A stretch of 64,000 nucleotides of DNA from Nitrospirota bacterium (GTDB taxonomy: Bacteria; Nitrospirota; UBA9217). The translations under genes and the position numbers were made by a program. Under the pieces are notes generated by a model, which made no database searches, was not told the DNA's origin, and saw nothing but the letters and a program-made list of their open reading frames with translations. Location of the stretch: contig CAVUCU010000001.1 in assembly GCA_963740085.1 (NCBI GenBank), forward strand, positions 960,001 through 1,024,000. Reading direction: 5' to 3'. Below are positions 29,714-39,902 of the stretch, piece by piece (the first letter of the stretch is position 1; each line of letters begins with the position of its first letter).

Positions 29714-30874
29714 CTACAACGGAGGAGTCGGGGCGCTTTTCCTGACAAACCGGAACAGGAAGGGATACAGGATGCCGCTGATGACAGCCGCTAAAATGAG
29801 GGACCCGGTCATTGTGTGCGAGAGCAGTCCCATCTTTTCTCCGAGCGTCCCGCTCACGACCATCAGCGACAGGGGTGCGGATAGCAGCAGGCTGACCGCC
29901 AGGGAATCCCTGACACAGAGCTTCATGGACCGCATGAACAGGAACAGCACGAGATTGCTGACGAACACCATGACCGTCAGGAGAAGGGCATCCCGGACCG
30001 GCGGAAGAGAGGTGAGCATTTGTAAGTCCAGGTCAGCCCCCACACCGATGAAAAAAAAGGGCGTGAAGAAACCGAACCCCACGGCATTGATCTTCTGCTC
30101 GAACAGGCCCTTGCTCTTGAACACGGCGCTGAACACGAGCCCGGCGATGAAGGAACCGAGAATGGGCTCCACGCCGGCGCCGTAAGCGATCAGCGCCCCG
30201 GCAAACGCCACGGCAATTACCGCGCGCAGCCCCTCTTCAACCGGGTCATCGCTCTCCATCACCTTTTCCACCCGCCCCGGGTTCCACCACGCAAGAACGT
30301 ACATGACCTTCAGGAACAGCGCTGCCAGCGACGTGAGCAGGAGCAGCTTCAGCCCCTGCACAAACGCCATGGCCGTCAGGCCGTGCTGATGATAGATGTC
30401 GATGCCGGTCAGGACGAGTATGGAAAGCAGTTCCCCGGTCAGAGAGATGCCGATGATGTCCGTTCCCAGCTCGGAATGGAGCATCCCTGCCTCTTTGAGC
30501 ACGGGGATGATGATCCCCGCGGACAAAACGGACACCGCGATCCCCGCAAAGAACGGATAACCCAGATACACCATGATGACCGGCGTCAGGATGAGCGAGA
30601 GCAGGGGGATCGACACGTACCAGAGAAACCGCCCTCCCCTGACCAGCTTTCCGATATCAAGCTCCATGCCCGCGATGAACATCAGATACAGAAAGCCGAT
30701 CTCCTTCAGGAGCAGGAACCATTCCGGCTTCCGGGGTACGAGGGTGTGGAACAGAAGGATGCCGAAGATGATCTCGAGGACCGCCGAGGGGATGCTGAGT
30801 CTTCGGGCCACAAAGGGAATGACGGCCGCCCCGGCGACAAGGGCGAACATGATCACAAAGGGCTGCTCCATCAT
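29714..30874 (-). CDS. CPA2-family cation:proton antiporter
   Basis: About 12 TM helices, LMFIAGME, PFFFIGVG; an alternative GTG start at 30970 would be translationally coupled to the upstream gene. Confidence 0.85.
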   Translation of the reverse strand: MMEQPFVIMFALVAGAAVIPFVARRLSIPSAVLEIIFGILLFHTLVPRKPEWFLLLKEIGFLYLMFIAGMELDIGKLVRGGRFLWYVSIPLLSLILTPVIMVYLGYPFFAGIAVSVLSAGIIIPVLKEAGMLHSELGTDIIGISLTGELLSILVLTGIDIYHQHGLTAMAFVQGLKLLLLTSLAALFLKVMYVLAWWNPGRVEKVMESDDPVEEGLRAVIAVAFAGALIAYGAGVEPILGSFIAGLVFSAVFKSKGLFEQKINAVGFGFFTPFFFIGVGADLDLQMLTSLPPVRDALLLTVMVFVSNLVLFLFMRSMKLCVRDSLAVSLLLSAPLSLMVVSGTLGEKMGLLSHTMTGSLILAAVISGILYPFLFRFVRKSAPTPPL

Positions 30875-30966
30875 TCTTTCCGATCTCCCCGGTTTCCCTT
30901 GCGGCCCTATCTTCCCGTGAGGCGCGGTTGCAGTGCCGTGCGGCGCCTCCCTCATCTCGGTGGCGA

Positions 30967-32437
30967 TCACAGCGACTCCTCGACCGGCGGGGTCAGAAGC
31001 GTGGAAACGGGTGAACGCTTCACGATATGCCACATGACATCCGGGTTCAGCAGCGATGAGGCCCAGCCCTGTTTTTTCCACGCTCCCGTATCGACCATCA
31101 GCAGATTATACGCGTGGAAGCGCCTCCAGAACGGCCGTTACCGGGTTCCCCTGCAGGAGCGGCGTGTCCACGTTCGTCCTGTACATAAGGCTTGCCTGCG
31201 AAATGGTCTTGCGGAGGGCATCGAACGTTTTCAGGTCCTCGGGCGAGGAGATGTAGTTCGAGGGTCGTGTCAGCAGCGCCGACACGCTGGTGTTCAGGGA
31301 AGACGCGATCTCGAGAGCGGTCTCGATCGTCCGCTGAACATCAGCATCCTGAAGGGCGGGCACCGCGATCCTCTCATAGGGATGCGTGCCCTGCATGACC
31401 ATGACGGGACAGGCGCACCGGACCGACAGGTCATTCAGAAACTTCTTTCCCGCAGTGTGCAATGGTCCCGCACTGAACGCGCTGCGCGGCACGGCGACCA
31501 TCCCGTATTCGCCGGACGCCTCCTGGAGCACCTGGTCAACGGCGCCGGAAAAGGACATGTCCAGCGTCCGCTCCTCGATGGCCCGGAACCGTTCCCGGTT
31601 GATCATCCGTGAGAACTCCCCGGAGCGGCCCGCCGCCTTTCCTGAATAGACAAAGACGATCTTGTGCAGGGGAAAGATGCTGAAGAGATATTCAAGTTCT
31701 GCGAAATAGCGTTCGTCCTCCCTGCCCTCCAGAAATGCCAGGACCGTCGAACCATACTCAAGGGGAAACCGTTCAAAATTGAAGGTGAGGATCTCCGAGA
31801 CGGTTTTGAGAACACCCGGCTCGCCGAGGATCACGACCTTGTCCTTCGGCTTGAGCACGGTGCCGCGCCGCGGGACAATGATGTTGCCGTCGCGGTAAAT
31901 AATGCCGATATTCCACTGAAGCGGCGCAACCAACCCGATCGGTTTGTTGACAAGCCGCGAATTCGGGTGCACCTCGACTTCAAGGATCTCGTTCTTGCTG
32001 AGGCCGATCGAATGGGCGGCCTTGGTCTTGTGCTCGAGCAGATTGCGGATCCCGGCCGCCGTGATCGTGAAGATATTCTGGACCTCCACGCCCAGTTCAT
32101 CGAGCTTTTTGATGCCGCTGTTCGTGATGCCGACGGAAATGACCCGCTTGGGGCTGAAATGGTCCTTCAAAAGAGCGGCGACCTCCAGGCTGATCTTTTC
32201 CTTGGTCGTCGAGATGATCACGCAGTCGGCATCATCGACCCCGGCCTCCTCGAGGACGAGCCGGCTGGTCGCATCTCCCTGGATCACCCGTACGCCGTCA
32301 CCGCGGATCTTTTTCGCCTTTTCTTCCGCCCCGGGCGCGTTGTCGATGCACAGGATGTCGATCTCCTTGGGAAGCATCTCCAGCAGGCCTGCCCCTACAT
32401 TGCCGACACCCACTATGACGAATTTATTCCGCTTCAT
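30967..32437 (-). CDS. TrkA-N/TrkA-C (RCK) plus USP-like protein, +1 frameshift near 31112
   Basis: IVGVGNVG, GDAT, TrkA-C. After LEALP the shifted frame continues AYNLLMVDTGAW...DVMWHIVKRSPVSTLLTPP*, a USP C-terminus; span is 3n+1. Confidence 0.8.
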
Positions 32438-32574
32438 CCGGCGCCCGATGCCTCCTGTCCGATCAAATCTGCTTCAGAGCCTCTTTGGCAAAGTATAGTG
32501 GAAATCACGGTCATTTTCAACTTTTCCGGGTTTTTTCCTGTTGCTATTCATCGGCAGAGTCAATATAATCTGGC

Positions 32575-33759
32575 ATGCCGACACAGCCGAAAAGGGTTCT
32601 GACCGGACTCGACCTCATCGAGAAGCGCTGGCCCAAAGACCTGCTCCGCGCGCGAGTGGGCCTCGTGGTGCATCCCGCCTCGGTAAACAGCAGGATGGAG
32701 CACGCGGTCACCGTCTGCATGAGATCAAAAAAGTTCAAGCTCGCTGCCCTCTTCGGGCCGCAGCACGGCATCCTCGGTCAGACGCAGGACAATATGGTCG
32801 AGTGGGAAGGTTTCCGCGATCCAGCAACGGGCCTGCCGGTCTACAGCCTTTACGGAAAGGCCCGCAAACCGCGGCCCGAGATGCTCTCGAACATTGATGC
32901 GCTGGTAATAGACCTGCAGGACGTGGGCAGCCGCTACTACACCTTCATCTGGACAATGGAACTCTGCATGCAGGCCTGCCGCGAAGCGGGCAAAACGATC
33001 GTCGTGCTCGACCGCCCGAATCCCCTGGCCGGCCATCTCACCGAAGGGCCGGTGCTCAACCCCGAATACGCATCGTTCGTCGGGCTGCGGCCGCTGCCGG
33101 TGCGGCATGGCATGACCATCGGCGAGATCAGCGCATACCTTCGTGACAGCTTCCATCCCGGGCTCGATCTTTATGTCATCAAGATGCAGGGATGGAAACG
33201 GAAGCTGTGGTTCGATCAGACGCGCCTGCCCTGGGTCATGCCTTCTCCCAATATGCCGACACTCGATACCGCGCTCGTCTATCCCGGCATGTGCCTCTTC
33301 GAGGCCACGAACATCTCGGAAGGCCGCGGAACGACACGGCCGTTCGAACTCTTCGGCGCGCCGTTCATCCATCCGGACACCATAGTGACCGCGCTCAATA
33401 AATTCAAGCTGCCCGGCGTGCTGTTCCGGCCGATCTCGTTCCAGCCCGCGTTCCAGAAACACGCGGGCCTGCTCTGCGGCGGCGCGCAGATCCATGTTGT
33501 TGACCGCGAGAAGTTCCAGCCGTTCAAGGCCGGCGTGGCGATCCTGAAAGCGATGCACGACACCTACCGGCGCGACTTTACGTGGAAACAGCCTCCTTAC
33601 GAGTACGAGGAGGTCAAACTCCCGATCGACATCCTTGCCGGGACCGACCGGCTGCGAAAGGACATCGAGTCAGGGAAGAGCCTTGATAAAATGGAAAAGT
33701 GGTGGAAAGAAGAGACGAAGTCGTTCGAGAAGATAAGAAAGAAGCACCTGCTGTACTGA
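32575..33759 (+). CDS. namZ: DUF1343 exo-beta-N-acetylmuramidase family
   Basis: FGPQHG, YSLYG, DLQDVGSRYYT, LDRPNP, RHGMTIGE, PSPNMP, SEGRGT. Confidence 0.9.
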   Translation: MPTQPKRVLTGLDLIEKRWPKDLLRARVGLVVHPASVNSRMEHAVTVCMRSKKFKLAALFGPQHGILGQTQDNMVEWEGFRDPATGLPVYSLYGKARKPRPEMLSNIDALVIDLQDVGSRYYTFIWTMELCMQACREAGKTIVVLDRPNPLAGHLTEGPVLNPEYASFVGLRPLPVRHGMTIGEISAYLRDSFHPGLDLYVIKMQGWKRKLWFDQTRLPWVMPSPNMPTLDTALVYPGMCLFEATNISEGRGTTRPFELFGAPFIHPDTIVTALNKFKLPGVLFRPISFQPAFQKHAGLLCGGAQIHVVDREKFQPFKAGVAILKAMHDTYRRDFTWKQPPYEYEEVKLPIDILAGTDRLRKDIESGKSLDKMEKWWKEETKSFEKIRKKHLLY

Positions 33760-33846
33760 TAGCGCCGGGAAAACGCGCGCGTCAGCCGGCCGGGGATCGC
33801 ACCCGAAGGTCCGGGTTGAACGCTGTGTGAGGGTCCGTTATTAGTA

Positions 33847-35100
33847 TCAGCCTTTTAGAAAATGTCCATAATGCAGCGTCTGGTCCACAATGTGGGATTT
33901 TATCCTGCTGATCTGCATGTTCTCCCGGATCAGATATCGATACATCCCGGCGCCGGTAATATCGCCGATAAACAGCACGCCGACGAGCCGTTCACCATCA
34001 GGGCTGAACACCACCTTACGATAGGTTGATCCGGCGGCACTGACGTGCACTTCATAATCACTCCCTTTGGTATGAACCGTGCCCATCGAGACAAAAGGCT
34101 CGTCAGCCACCTGTGTAGCATTCATGATCCCGAATGTGCCTGCATAGGCGGTCTTTGCGCCTGCCATGTTATTGCCGGCGCATCTGCCCATCTCGACCGC
34201 GTTCGTCCAGAGTGCGGTCATGATCCTGTTTCCCGTCACCGGATCGAATGTTACCGCCACATCGCCGGCGGCAAAGGTATGCGGATCATTACAGGTCGTA
34301 TATCTGTCCACAACGATGCCCTTGTCTATCGCTATTGCGCTTCGGGACAGGAACTTGATATTCGGCCTCACCCCTTTTCCTATGCATACCATCTGGCAAG
34401 GCATCTCCGACCCGTCGTCAAGGGAAACTCCGGTAACGCCGCTCTTATCTGAAATAATGCTTTTGGCACTGCGGCCGGTCATTATCTTCAGTCCTGCTTT
34501 ATCGAGGGCATGACGGATCAATCCGGCATCCTTGGGTTCCATAAGCTGAGAAAGGACCTCGGGAGAGAAAACCACCAGCGTGACCTTGACTCCCAGTTCC
34601 AGAAGGGCGAAAGCGGCCTTGAGATTGAGCAATCCTCCTCCCAGCATTACCGCATGGTCCGTGCTTTCCGCCCTCTTTGCCATGGCCCTGGCATCGCTCA
34701 ATTTCCGCAGGGCAAAAACGCCGTTTGCATCCGTTCCCTTTATCTCCGGGGGAATATAGGGACTGCTGCCGGTCGCAAAAAGAAGCTTGTCATAAGATAC
34801 CTGGCCCTTGCCGATGATGCTCACCGACCTCCGCGAGGTGTCCACTGAATCGACTCTTGCTCCCGTGCGGACCTCGATGCCTGCGCCCGTATAGGGTCCA
34901 TGACCCGATAGCCCTATGCCCTCCGCCTTCTTTTTGCCGGTCACGACATAGGGTATCATGGGCCGGAAATACGGCATATCCGGCTCTTCCGACAAGACCG
35001 AGATAGTGCCTTTCGGGTCCTTCTCCCTTATAGCCTGGGCCGCTGCCATCCCTGCAGCGCTGCCGCCTATGATCAGGTAATCCGCATAGTCGCTTTTCAT
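33847..35100 (-). CDS. FAD/NAD(P)-dependent oxidoreductase, CODH-associated
   Basis: IIGGSAAG, LFATGS, LGGGL, FAAGDV; downstream of cooS-cooF. Confidence 0.88.
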   Translation of the reverse strand: MKSDYADYLIIGGSAAGMAAAQAIREKDPKGTISVLSEEPDMPYFRPMIPYVVTGKKKAEGIGLSGHGPYTGAGIEVRTGARVDSVDTSRRSVSIIGKGQVSYDKLLFATGSSPYIPPEIKGTDANGVFALRKLSDARAMAKRAESTDHAVMLGGGLLNLKAAFALLELGVKVTLVVFSPEVLSQLMEPKDAGLIRHALDKAGLKIMTGRSAKSIISDKSGVTGVSLDDGSEMPCQMVCIGKGVRPNIKFLSRSAIAIDKGIVVDRYTTCNDPHTFAAGDVAVTFDPVTGNRIMTALWTNAVEMGRCAGNNMAGAKTAYAGTFGIMNATQVADEPFVSMGTVHTKGSDYEVHVSAAGSTYRKVVFSPDGERLVGVLFIGDITGAGMYRYLIRENMQISRIKSHIVDQTLHYGHFLKG

Positions 35101-35134
35101 AGTACTCCCCTTCGTAGTGTCAATGTTTTCCGGC

Positions 35135-35235
35135 AGTGACGCAGAGACGCAGGGAATTCATTCTTCCAGAATTAATACCTTTACGGTCTCGCCCCATGTT
35201 CCGCTCTCTCCGCGCCTCAGCGCCTCCGCGCGAGT
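35135..35235. repeat. GCAGAGACGCAG-family inverted repeat
   Basis: GACGCAGAGACGCAGGG ... CTCCGCGCCTCAGCGCCTCCGCGCGAG; right arm nearly identical to 35889-35918. Confidence 0.7.
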
Positions 35236-35264
35236 GCCAGGAGTGGTCAAGTTTTGTTTCGACG

Positions 35265-35762
35265 TTACTCCGCGCGCATTTTGGAAGCAGCGTCTTTTCT
35301 GACATCTTTGGAGAATGACTCAACGGTCCGGTAAACCAGCGCCTTGGTTGGACATGAACTGACGCAGGCCGGGGTCTCCCTGTCCGGACACCGGTCGCAC
35401 CGGTATGACTTGTGCGTCTCCATGTGACGGCCGATGACCCCGTACGGGCAGACCATGACGCAGGTCCAGCATCCTATGCATTTATCGGTGTCCGTGAGAA
35501 CGACCCCTTCCTTGTTTCGGCTGATCGCCCCGCTTATGCAGGCATGCATGCAGGGCGCGTCCTCGCATTGACGGCATACGATCGGCACGTTTATATCGGG
35601 AGCCACCCACTCTACATAGAGTCTGGGTTTGGAGACAGGTTTCTCCATCAACGCGCCATACAGGTTCTTGCTTTTGGAATGCTCAACCGCGCAGGAGATC
35701 TCGCATGTTTTGCATGCGGTACATTTGCTGGTATTGACAAATATCTCTTTTGGCTCATGCAT
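35265..35762 (-). CDS. cooF: CooF-type 4x[4Fe-4S] protein
   Basis: CTACKTCEISC, CRQCEDAPC..C, CIGCWTCVMVCP, CDRC..C..CP; adjacent to cooS. Confidence 0.88.
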   Translation of the reverse strand: MHEPKEIFVNTSKCTACKTCEISCAVEHSKSKNLYGALMEKPVSKPRLYVEWVAPDINVPIVCRQCEDAPCMHACISGAISRNKEGVVLTDTDKCIGCWTCVMVCPYGVIGRHMETHKSYRCDRCPDRETPACVSSCPTKALVYRTVESFSKDVRKDAASKMRAE

Positions 35763-35801
35763 GGCATACTCCTTTGTTAAGGTTTTAATAAAATCTTGTT
35801 T

Positions 35802-35918
35802 CCCGCAGAGACGCAGGGTCGCAGGGAAGTCTTAAATTAACACCGCAGTTTATCCTGCGTTTCATTAAACCTTCTCCTCATTTTCCGCTCTCCCTGCGCC
35901 TCAGCGCCTCCGCGCGAG
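35802..35918. repeat. GCAGAGACGCAG-family inverted repeat
   Basis: CCGCAGAGACGCAGGGTCGCAGGG ... CTCCCTGCGCCTCAGCGCCTCCGCGCGAG. Confidence 0.7.
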
Positions 35919-37832
35919 TTAAATTCCCAGGCCTCTCCGGCGATCATCGATCGCAACCAAAAGTTTATCAGCCGCCGACAAAGGATCCAGGTCAACAATG
36001 AAATGCCCGCCGGTAAGTCCCTTCACCTTGTCAGTCAGGATCTCAGTGACCGCCGGGCTTCCGAGAACGGGCAGCATGACCCCGACATGGGTGGGCAGTC
36101 CGGCGGCAACGGCATAGACGCCGATGGATACGGCTTTTTCGGATACCGCCTCAGCTGCGGACGCGACAACGGGCAGTTTGTCGGTATCCACGCCCAGGTA
36201 ATTGGCAAGGGCAACCACGATCGCCACGGCGCGCGAGTTGTCAACGCAGGACCCCAGATGCAGGACAGGAGGAAGCGGGCCGCCCAGTCCGTTTGCATGG
36301 CCTACGGCGGTAAGAACAGCCTTCAGTCCACTACCGCACAACCGGTCGGTATTGGCCGGGTCCATGAAACCGTGTCTCATTAACGCGCCTGCCCCGCATC
36401 CGGTTGCCACGACAAGAACGTTTTCCTTGAGCAGTTTCTCTGCCATGATCTTGAAGTTCCTGTCCTGCGGCACCTTGACGTTATTGCAACCGGCAAACAG
36501 GCATACTCCCCGGATGTTGCCGTTCTTGATATTATCGACGAGCGGCTTCAACGGGTCTTTGGCATCGACCTTTGCAAGCGCCGCGACGATCGATTCCGTC
36601 GAGAAGCCTGCCACGACAGTGCTTTCGACGTTCGGGATGTCCACCGGCTTGCCTTTTCTTTTTTTGAAGCCTTCAACGGCAGATCTCACGACCTCTTTGG
36701 CCTTTTCCGCGGCAGCCTCTTCCGTAAATTCGATGTGCTCGGCGCCGGTGATCTTGCAAAGGTCCATGGTCGTGATGACTTTCGAGCCCATGCATTCCGC
36801 AACGGTCACGAGAGAAGGCATGATGCATTGATAGTCGACCACGATCGCATCGACGGCACCGGTCAGAAGGGCCATCTCCTGACTTACGGAATGCGTGCAG
36901 GCAGGAATGGCATGCCGTTCCATGAGTTCATTTCCCGTGCAGCATATGCCCACGACATTTACACCTGTGGCCCCGGCAGCAACAGCTTCCTGCTTCATAC
37001 TGTCGGCTACCTTCACGATCATCTCGGAAAGCACCGGGTTATGACCGTGGGCGGCGATATTGACCATGTCCGCTTTCAGCGTTCCCATATTGGCCTTTGA
37101 TACTACGGGCGTGGGCGTTCCGAACAGTATGTCCGCAAGGTCGGTGCCCATATAGCATCCGGCCAGGTCCGCGACTCCGCACCTGATGCCGGCGAGAAGT
37201 AAATTCACCGCGTCGGAATCCACCCCATACAGTGTACGATGCATGATCTCCGAAACCTCAGAGTCTATGCCCTTCGGCACGGCCCCTATCGCGGAGAGGG
37301 CCTTTACGCGGCCCGCGGTCACCACGGATGCCGCCCAGAGCACCGGGGTATCCTTCTCGCCAAAGTCAGCCAGGGCGGCAGTTGCCACATCTTTTGCGAT
37401 CTCCATGTCCTTCCTTCCATCAACAGAAAGGCCGAGACGGGTTGCAACTGCCTTCAGCTTTGCAGGGTCCGTTATTTTGTAATCAGGCGCCTTGCCCTTG
37501 ACCATCTTCATCATGGTGTGCGCAAGGTGTTTGGCGTGCCCGGAGTGGGCGGCTGTGCCCGCGGCAATTGCCCTGTCGAGCCACCGGGCAACCATAACAT
37601 CGGCAGTACAGCCGCATATGCCCGTTTTCGGCTCCTCCCCGAAAGGATTAATCCTGCACGGCCCCTGGAGGCAATTTCGGCAGCAAAGCCCCGTATCGCC
37701 AAAGCCGCATTGCGGGGTCATGGCCGCGTACCTGTCCCATACCGTTTTGATACCCTTGTCCTCCGCTTTCGCGATCATCTGCTGAACAGCAGGATCAAGG
37801 CTCTTGCTCTCAAATGACTTGTCAGCTGACAT
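35919..37832 (-). CDS. cooS: anaerobic [NiFe] carbon monoxide dehydrogenase catalytic subunit
   Basis: QCGFG..G.CCRNC.QGPC..CG (D/B clusters); C-cluster ligands in GHNP, ICCTG, DYQC, GCNN, TGCG, GSCVD; SEKA; start MSADKS after GGAGG. Confidence 0.96.
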   Translation of the reverse strand: MSADKSFESKSLDPAVQQMIAKAEDKGIKTVWDRYAAMTPQCGFGDTGLCCRNCLQGPCRINPFGEEPKTGICGCTADVMVARWLDRAIAAGTAAHSGHAKHLAHTMMKMVKGKAPDYKITDPAKLKAVATRLGLSVDGRKDMEIAKDVATAALADFGEKDTPVLWAASVVTAGRVKALSAIGAVPKGIDSEVSEIMHRTLYGVDSDAVNLLLAGIRCGVADLAGCYMGTDLADILFGTPTPVVSKANMGTLKADMVNIAAHGHNPVLSEMIVKVADSMKQEAVAAGATGVNVVGICCTGNELMERHAIPACTHSVSQEMALLTGAVDAIVVDYQCIMPSLVTVAECMGSKVITTMDLCKITGAEHIEFTEEAAAEKAKEVVRSAVEGFKKRKGKPVDIPNVESTVVAGFSTESIVAALAKVDAKDPLKPLVDNIKNGNIRGVCLFAGCNNVKVPQDRNFKIMAEKLLKENVLVVATGCGAGALMRHGFMDPANTDRLCGSGLKAVLTAVGHANGLGGPLPPVLHLGSCVDNSRAVAIVVALANYLGVDTDKLPVVASAAEAVSEKAVSIGVYAVAAGLPTHVGVMLPVLGSPAVTEILTDKVKGLTGGHFIVDLDPLSAADKLLVAIDDRRRGLGI

Positions 37833-37994
37833 AATGACCTCCTTTTTGTTTTTTAGACATATTTGGCATTTACAAAGCGACTTCCAAAGCAAAAAAATGA
37901 ATAGAGCACCGTAAGAACCAACGTCGCAAAAGTTGCCCTTATCTTGGTCCGGCCCGGCTACGAAGCGAAATGCTTCGTTAAGTGAAATAAAATC

Positions 37995-39758
37995 TTAGTA
38001 ATATTTCACCAATACAATGCTGGAGCCAACGTTCGTCCCCGTTGCGGTTATGCTGTTGCCGAAGTTAAATGTGCCGGTTCCGGTGATACCTCCTGCAGCA
38101 TACACTGAGCCGTCTGATGCCGCGAATACACTATTAAAGTCTGAGTCATCACTCCCTGCAGTCATGGTTTGGGCCCACTGCGCCGCGCCGGAGCTGCTGT
38201 ATTTCACCAGGACAATGTTTTCGCCACTTGACGACCCTGCGGCAGTTACGCCGTTGCCGAGGCCATAGGTTCCGGTTCCAATAATACCTCCCGCTGCATA
38301 TACCGAGTCGTCTGGTGCCGCGGACAGGCTATAAAAGGTTGATCTATCACTCCCCGCGATCATAGTTCGGGCCCACTGCGCCACGCCGGAGCTGCTGTAT
38401 TTCACCAGGACAATGTTAGCGTCAGTGTATGTCCCCGCGGAGGTTACGCTGTTGCCGAAGTCATAAGTGCCAGTTCCAATAACACCTCCCGCTGCGTATA
38501 CTGAGCCGTCTGCTGTCGCGGACACGCTATGAAAGAATGATACATCACTCCCCGCGGTCATAGTTCGAGCCCACTGCGCCACGCCGGAGCTGCTGTATTT
38601 CACCAGGACAATGTTAGCGCCAGTGTATGTCCCCGCGGAGGTTACACCGTTGCCGAAGTCATAAGTGCCAGTTCCAATAACACCTCCCGCTGCGTATACT
38701 GAGCCGTCTGCTGTCGCGGACACGCTATGAAAGAATGATACATCACTCCCCGCAATCATAGTTCGAGCCCACTGCGCCTCACCGGAACTGTTGTATTTCA
38801 CCAGCAAGACGTTATCATAACTGGCCACCCCTGCGGCGGTTACGCTGTTACCAAAATCATAGGTGCCGGTTCCGGCGATCCGTCCCGCAGCATATACCGA
38901 GCCGTCTGCTGCCACGGATACGCTATTAAGTTCTGATTCATCACTCCCCGCAGTCATGGTACGGGCCCACTGCACTACGCCGGAGCTGCTGTATTTCACC
39001 AGGACAGTGTTAGCGCCAGTGTAGGTCCCCGCGGAGGTTACACTGTTTCCAAAGTCGTAGGTTTCTGTTCCGGTGATCCGTCCTGCAGCATATACCGAGC
39101 CGTCTGCTGCCACGGATACGCTGTAAAATTCTGAATAATCACCCCCCGCGGTCACGGTCCGTGCCCACTGCGCTACGCCGGAGCTGGTGTATTTCACCAG
39201 GACAGTGTTAGCGCCAGTGTATGTCCCCCCGGAGGTTACACTGTTGCCGAAATCATAGGCGCCGGCTCCAGATATATATCCCGCGGCATACACCGAGCCG
39301 TCCGATGCCATGGCTACGCTATTGAAGTATGAGTCACTGCCCGCAGTCACGGTCCGGGCCCACTGCGGCGGTAATGCTCCGGCCCTTACGGTCACTAAGT
39401 AGTTCTGAGTTGATCCATCGGCTGCAGTTACCGTATAAATCACCGGACTTGTGAAATCACTTGAAGTAACTCCGCTCGTTTGAATAGTGCCTCCAACCGT
39501 CACAGATCTGCCCGTTGTTGTAAAATTCGCCACGAGCCCGGCGACATTCGTGCCGGAGGGTACATTCACTAATATAGTATTTGCGGATTGACCTATCGAT
39601 CCTGTCGCCGCCGGACTTGTGAACGAGAATGCGGTAATGGATTTTTCGCTTGAAAGAGGCGCGCTGCCGCCGCCCCCTCCGCCACAGGATATAAGATTTA
39701 TGGCAAAAATAATCCCGGAAAGACCTAGAACTATCTCCGCAAATATGTTCCGTTTCAT
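37995..39758 (-). CDS. lipoprotein with Ig-like (DUF5018-like) domain and 7-repeat beta-propeller
   Basis: Lipobox LISC then poly-Gly; DFTSPVIYTVTAADGS; seven 65-66-aa repeats QWARTxxAGSD..SV...DGSVYAAG...DFGN...VLVKY. Confidence 0.85.
   Translation of the reverse strand: MKRNIFAEIVLGLSGIIFAINLISCGGGGGGSAPLSSEKSITAFSFTSPAATGSIGQSANTILVNVPSGTNVAGLVANFTTTGRSVTVGGTIQTSGVTSSDFTSPVIYTVTAADGSTQNYLVTVRAGALPPQWARTVTAGSDSYFNSVAMASDGSVYAAGYISGAGAYDFGNSVTSGGTYTGANTVLVKYTSSGVAQWARTVTAGGDYSEFYSVSVAADGSVYAAGRITGTETYDFGNSVTSAGTYTGANTVLVKYSSSGVVQWARTMTAGSDESELNSVSVAADGSVYAAGRIAGTGTYDFGNSVTAAGVASYDNVLLVKYNSSGEAQWARTMIAGSDVSFFHSVSATADGSVYAAGGVIGTGTYDFGNGVTSAGTYTGANIVLVKYSSSGVAQWARTMTAGSDVSFFHSVSATADGSVYAAGGVIGTGTYDFGNSVTSAGTYTDANIVLVKYSSSGVAQWARTMIAGSDRSTFYSLSAAPDDSVYAAGGIIGTGTYGLGNGVTAAGSSSGENIVLVKYSSSGAAQWAQTMTAGSDDSDFNSVFAASDGSVYAAGGITGTGTFNFGNSITATGTNVGSSIVLVKYY
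38000..39366 (-). repeat. tandem ~198-bp coding repeat, 7 copies
   Basis: Units visible at DNA level; 38371-38568 and 38569-38766 nearly identical. Confidence 0.9.
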
Positions 39759-39794
39759 AACTGCCTCCTTTGACAGGGAACGTTCAAATCCAAT

Positions 39795-39832
39795 AAGAAA
39801 AGGCCGAAAATACCAACGGTTCTCCTTTCGGC
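39795..39832 (-). terminator. intrinsic terminator overlapping the 3' strand of the putative aptamer
   Basis: GCCGAAA ... TTTCGGC CTTTTCTT. Confidence 0.55.
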
Positions 39833-39902
39833 AGCTAAACCATCTCATACCTGTAAGACCCGCAGCACAACAGACCTCCTCTCGAAAGTTTGGCTTATCA
39901 AA
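39826..39902 (-). ncRNA. GEMM-I (c-di-GMP-I)-like riboswitch, variant or eroded
   Basis: UUUG-AUAAGCCAAAC-UUUC-GAGA-GGAG-GUCUG-UUGU-GCUGCGGGUCUUAC-AG-GUAUGAGAUGGUUUAGC-UGC-CGAA: P1/P2(GNRA)/P3 layout, 5' of a surface lipoprotein. Confidence 0.55.

Noticed and set aside
30971-31081. N-terminal extension of the antiporter ORF given in the ORF track
   Set aside because: This stretch is better explained as the frameshifted USP C-terminus of the upstream gene
37916-37985. Further attC site after the beta-propeller gene (ACTTAAC...GTTGGTT)
   Set aside because: Ends fit loosely, but internal pairing is poor and it does not resemble the two rsgA-flanking sites
38000-39366. DGR template/variable repeat pair
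   Set aside because: All copies are in-frame coding blades, differences are not evidently adenine-specific, and no reverse transcriptase is in the window
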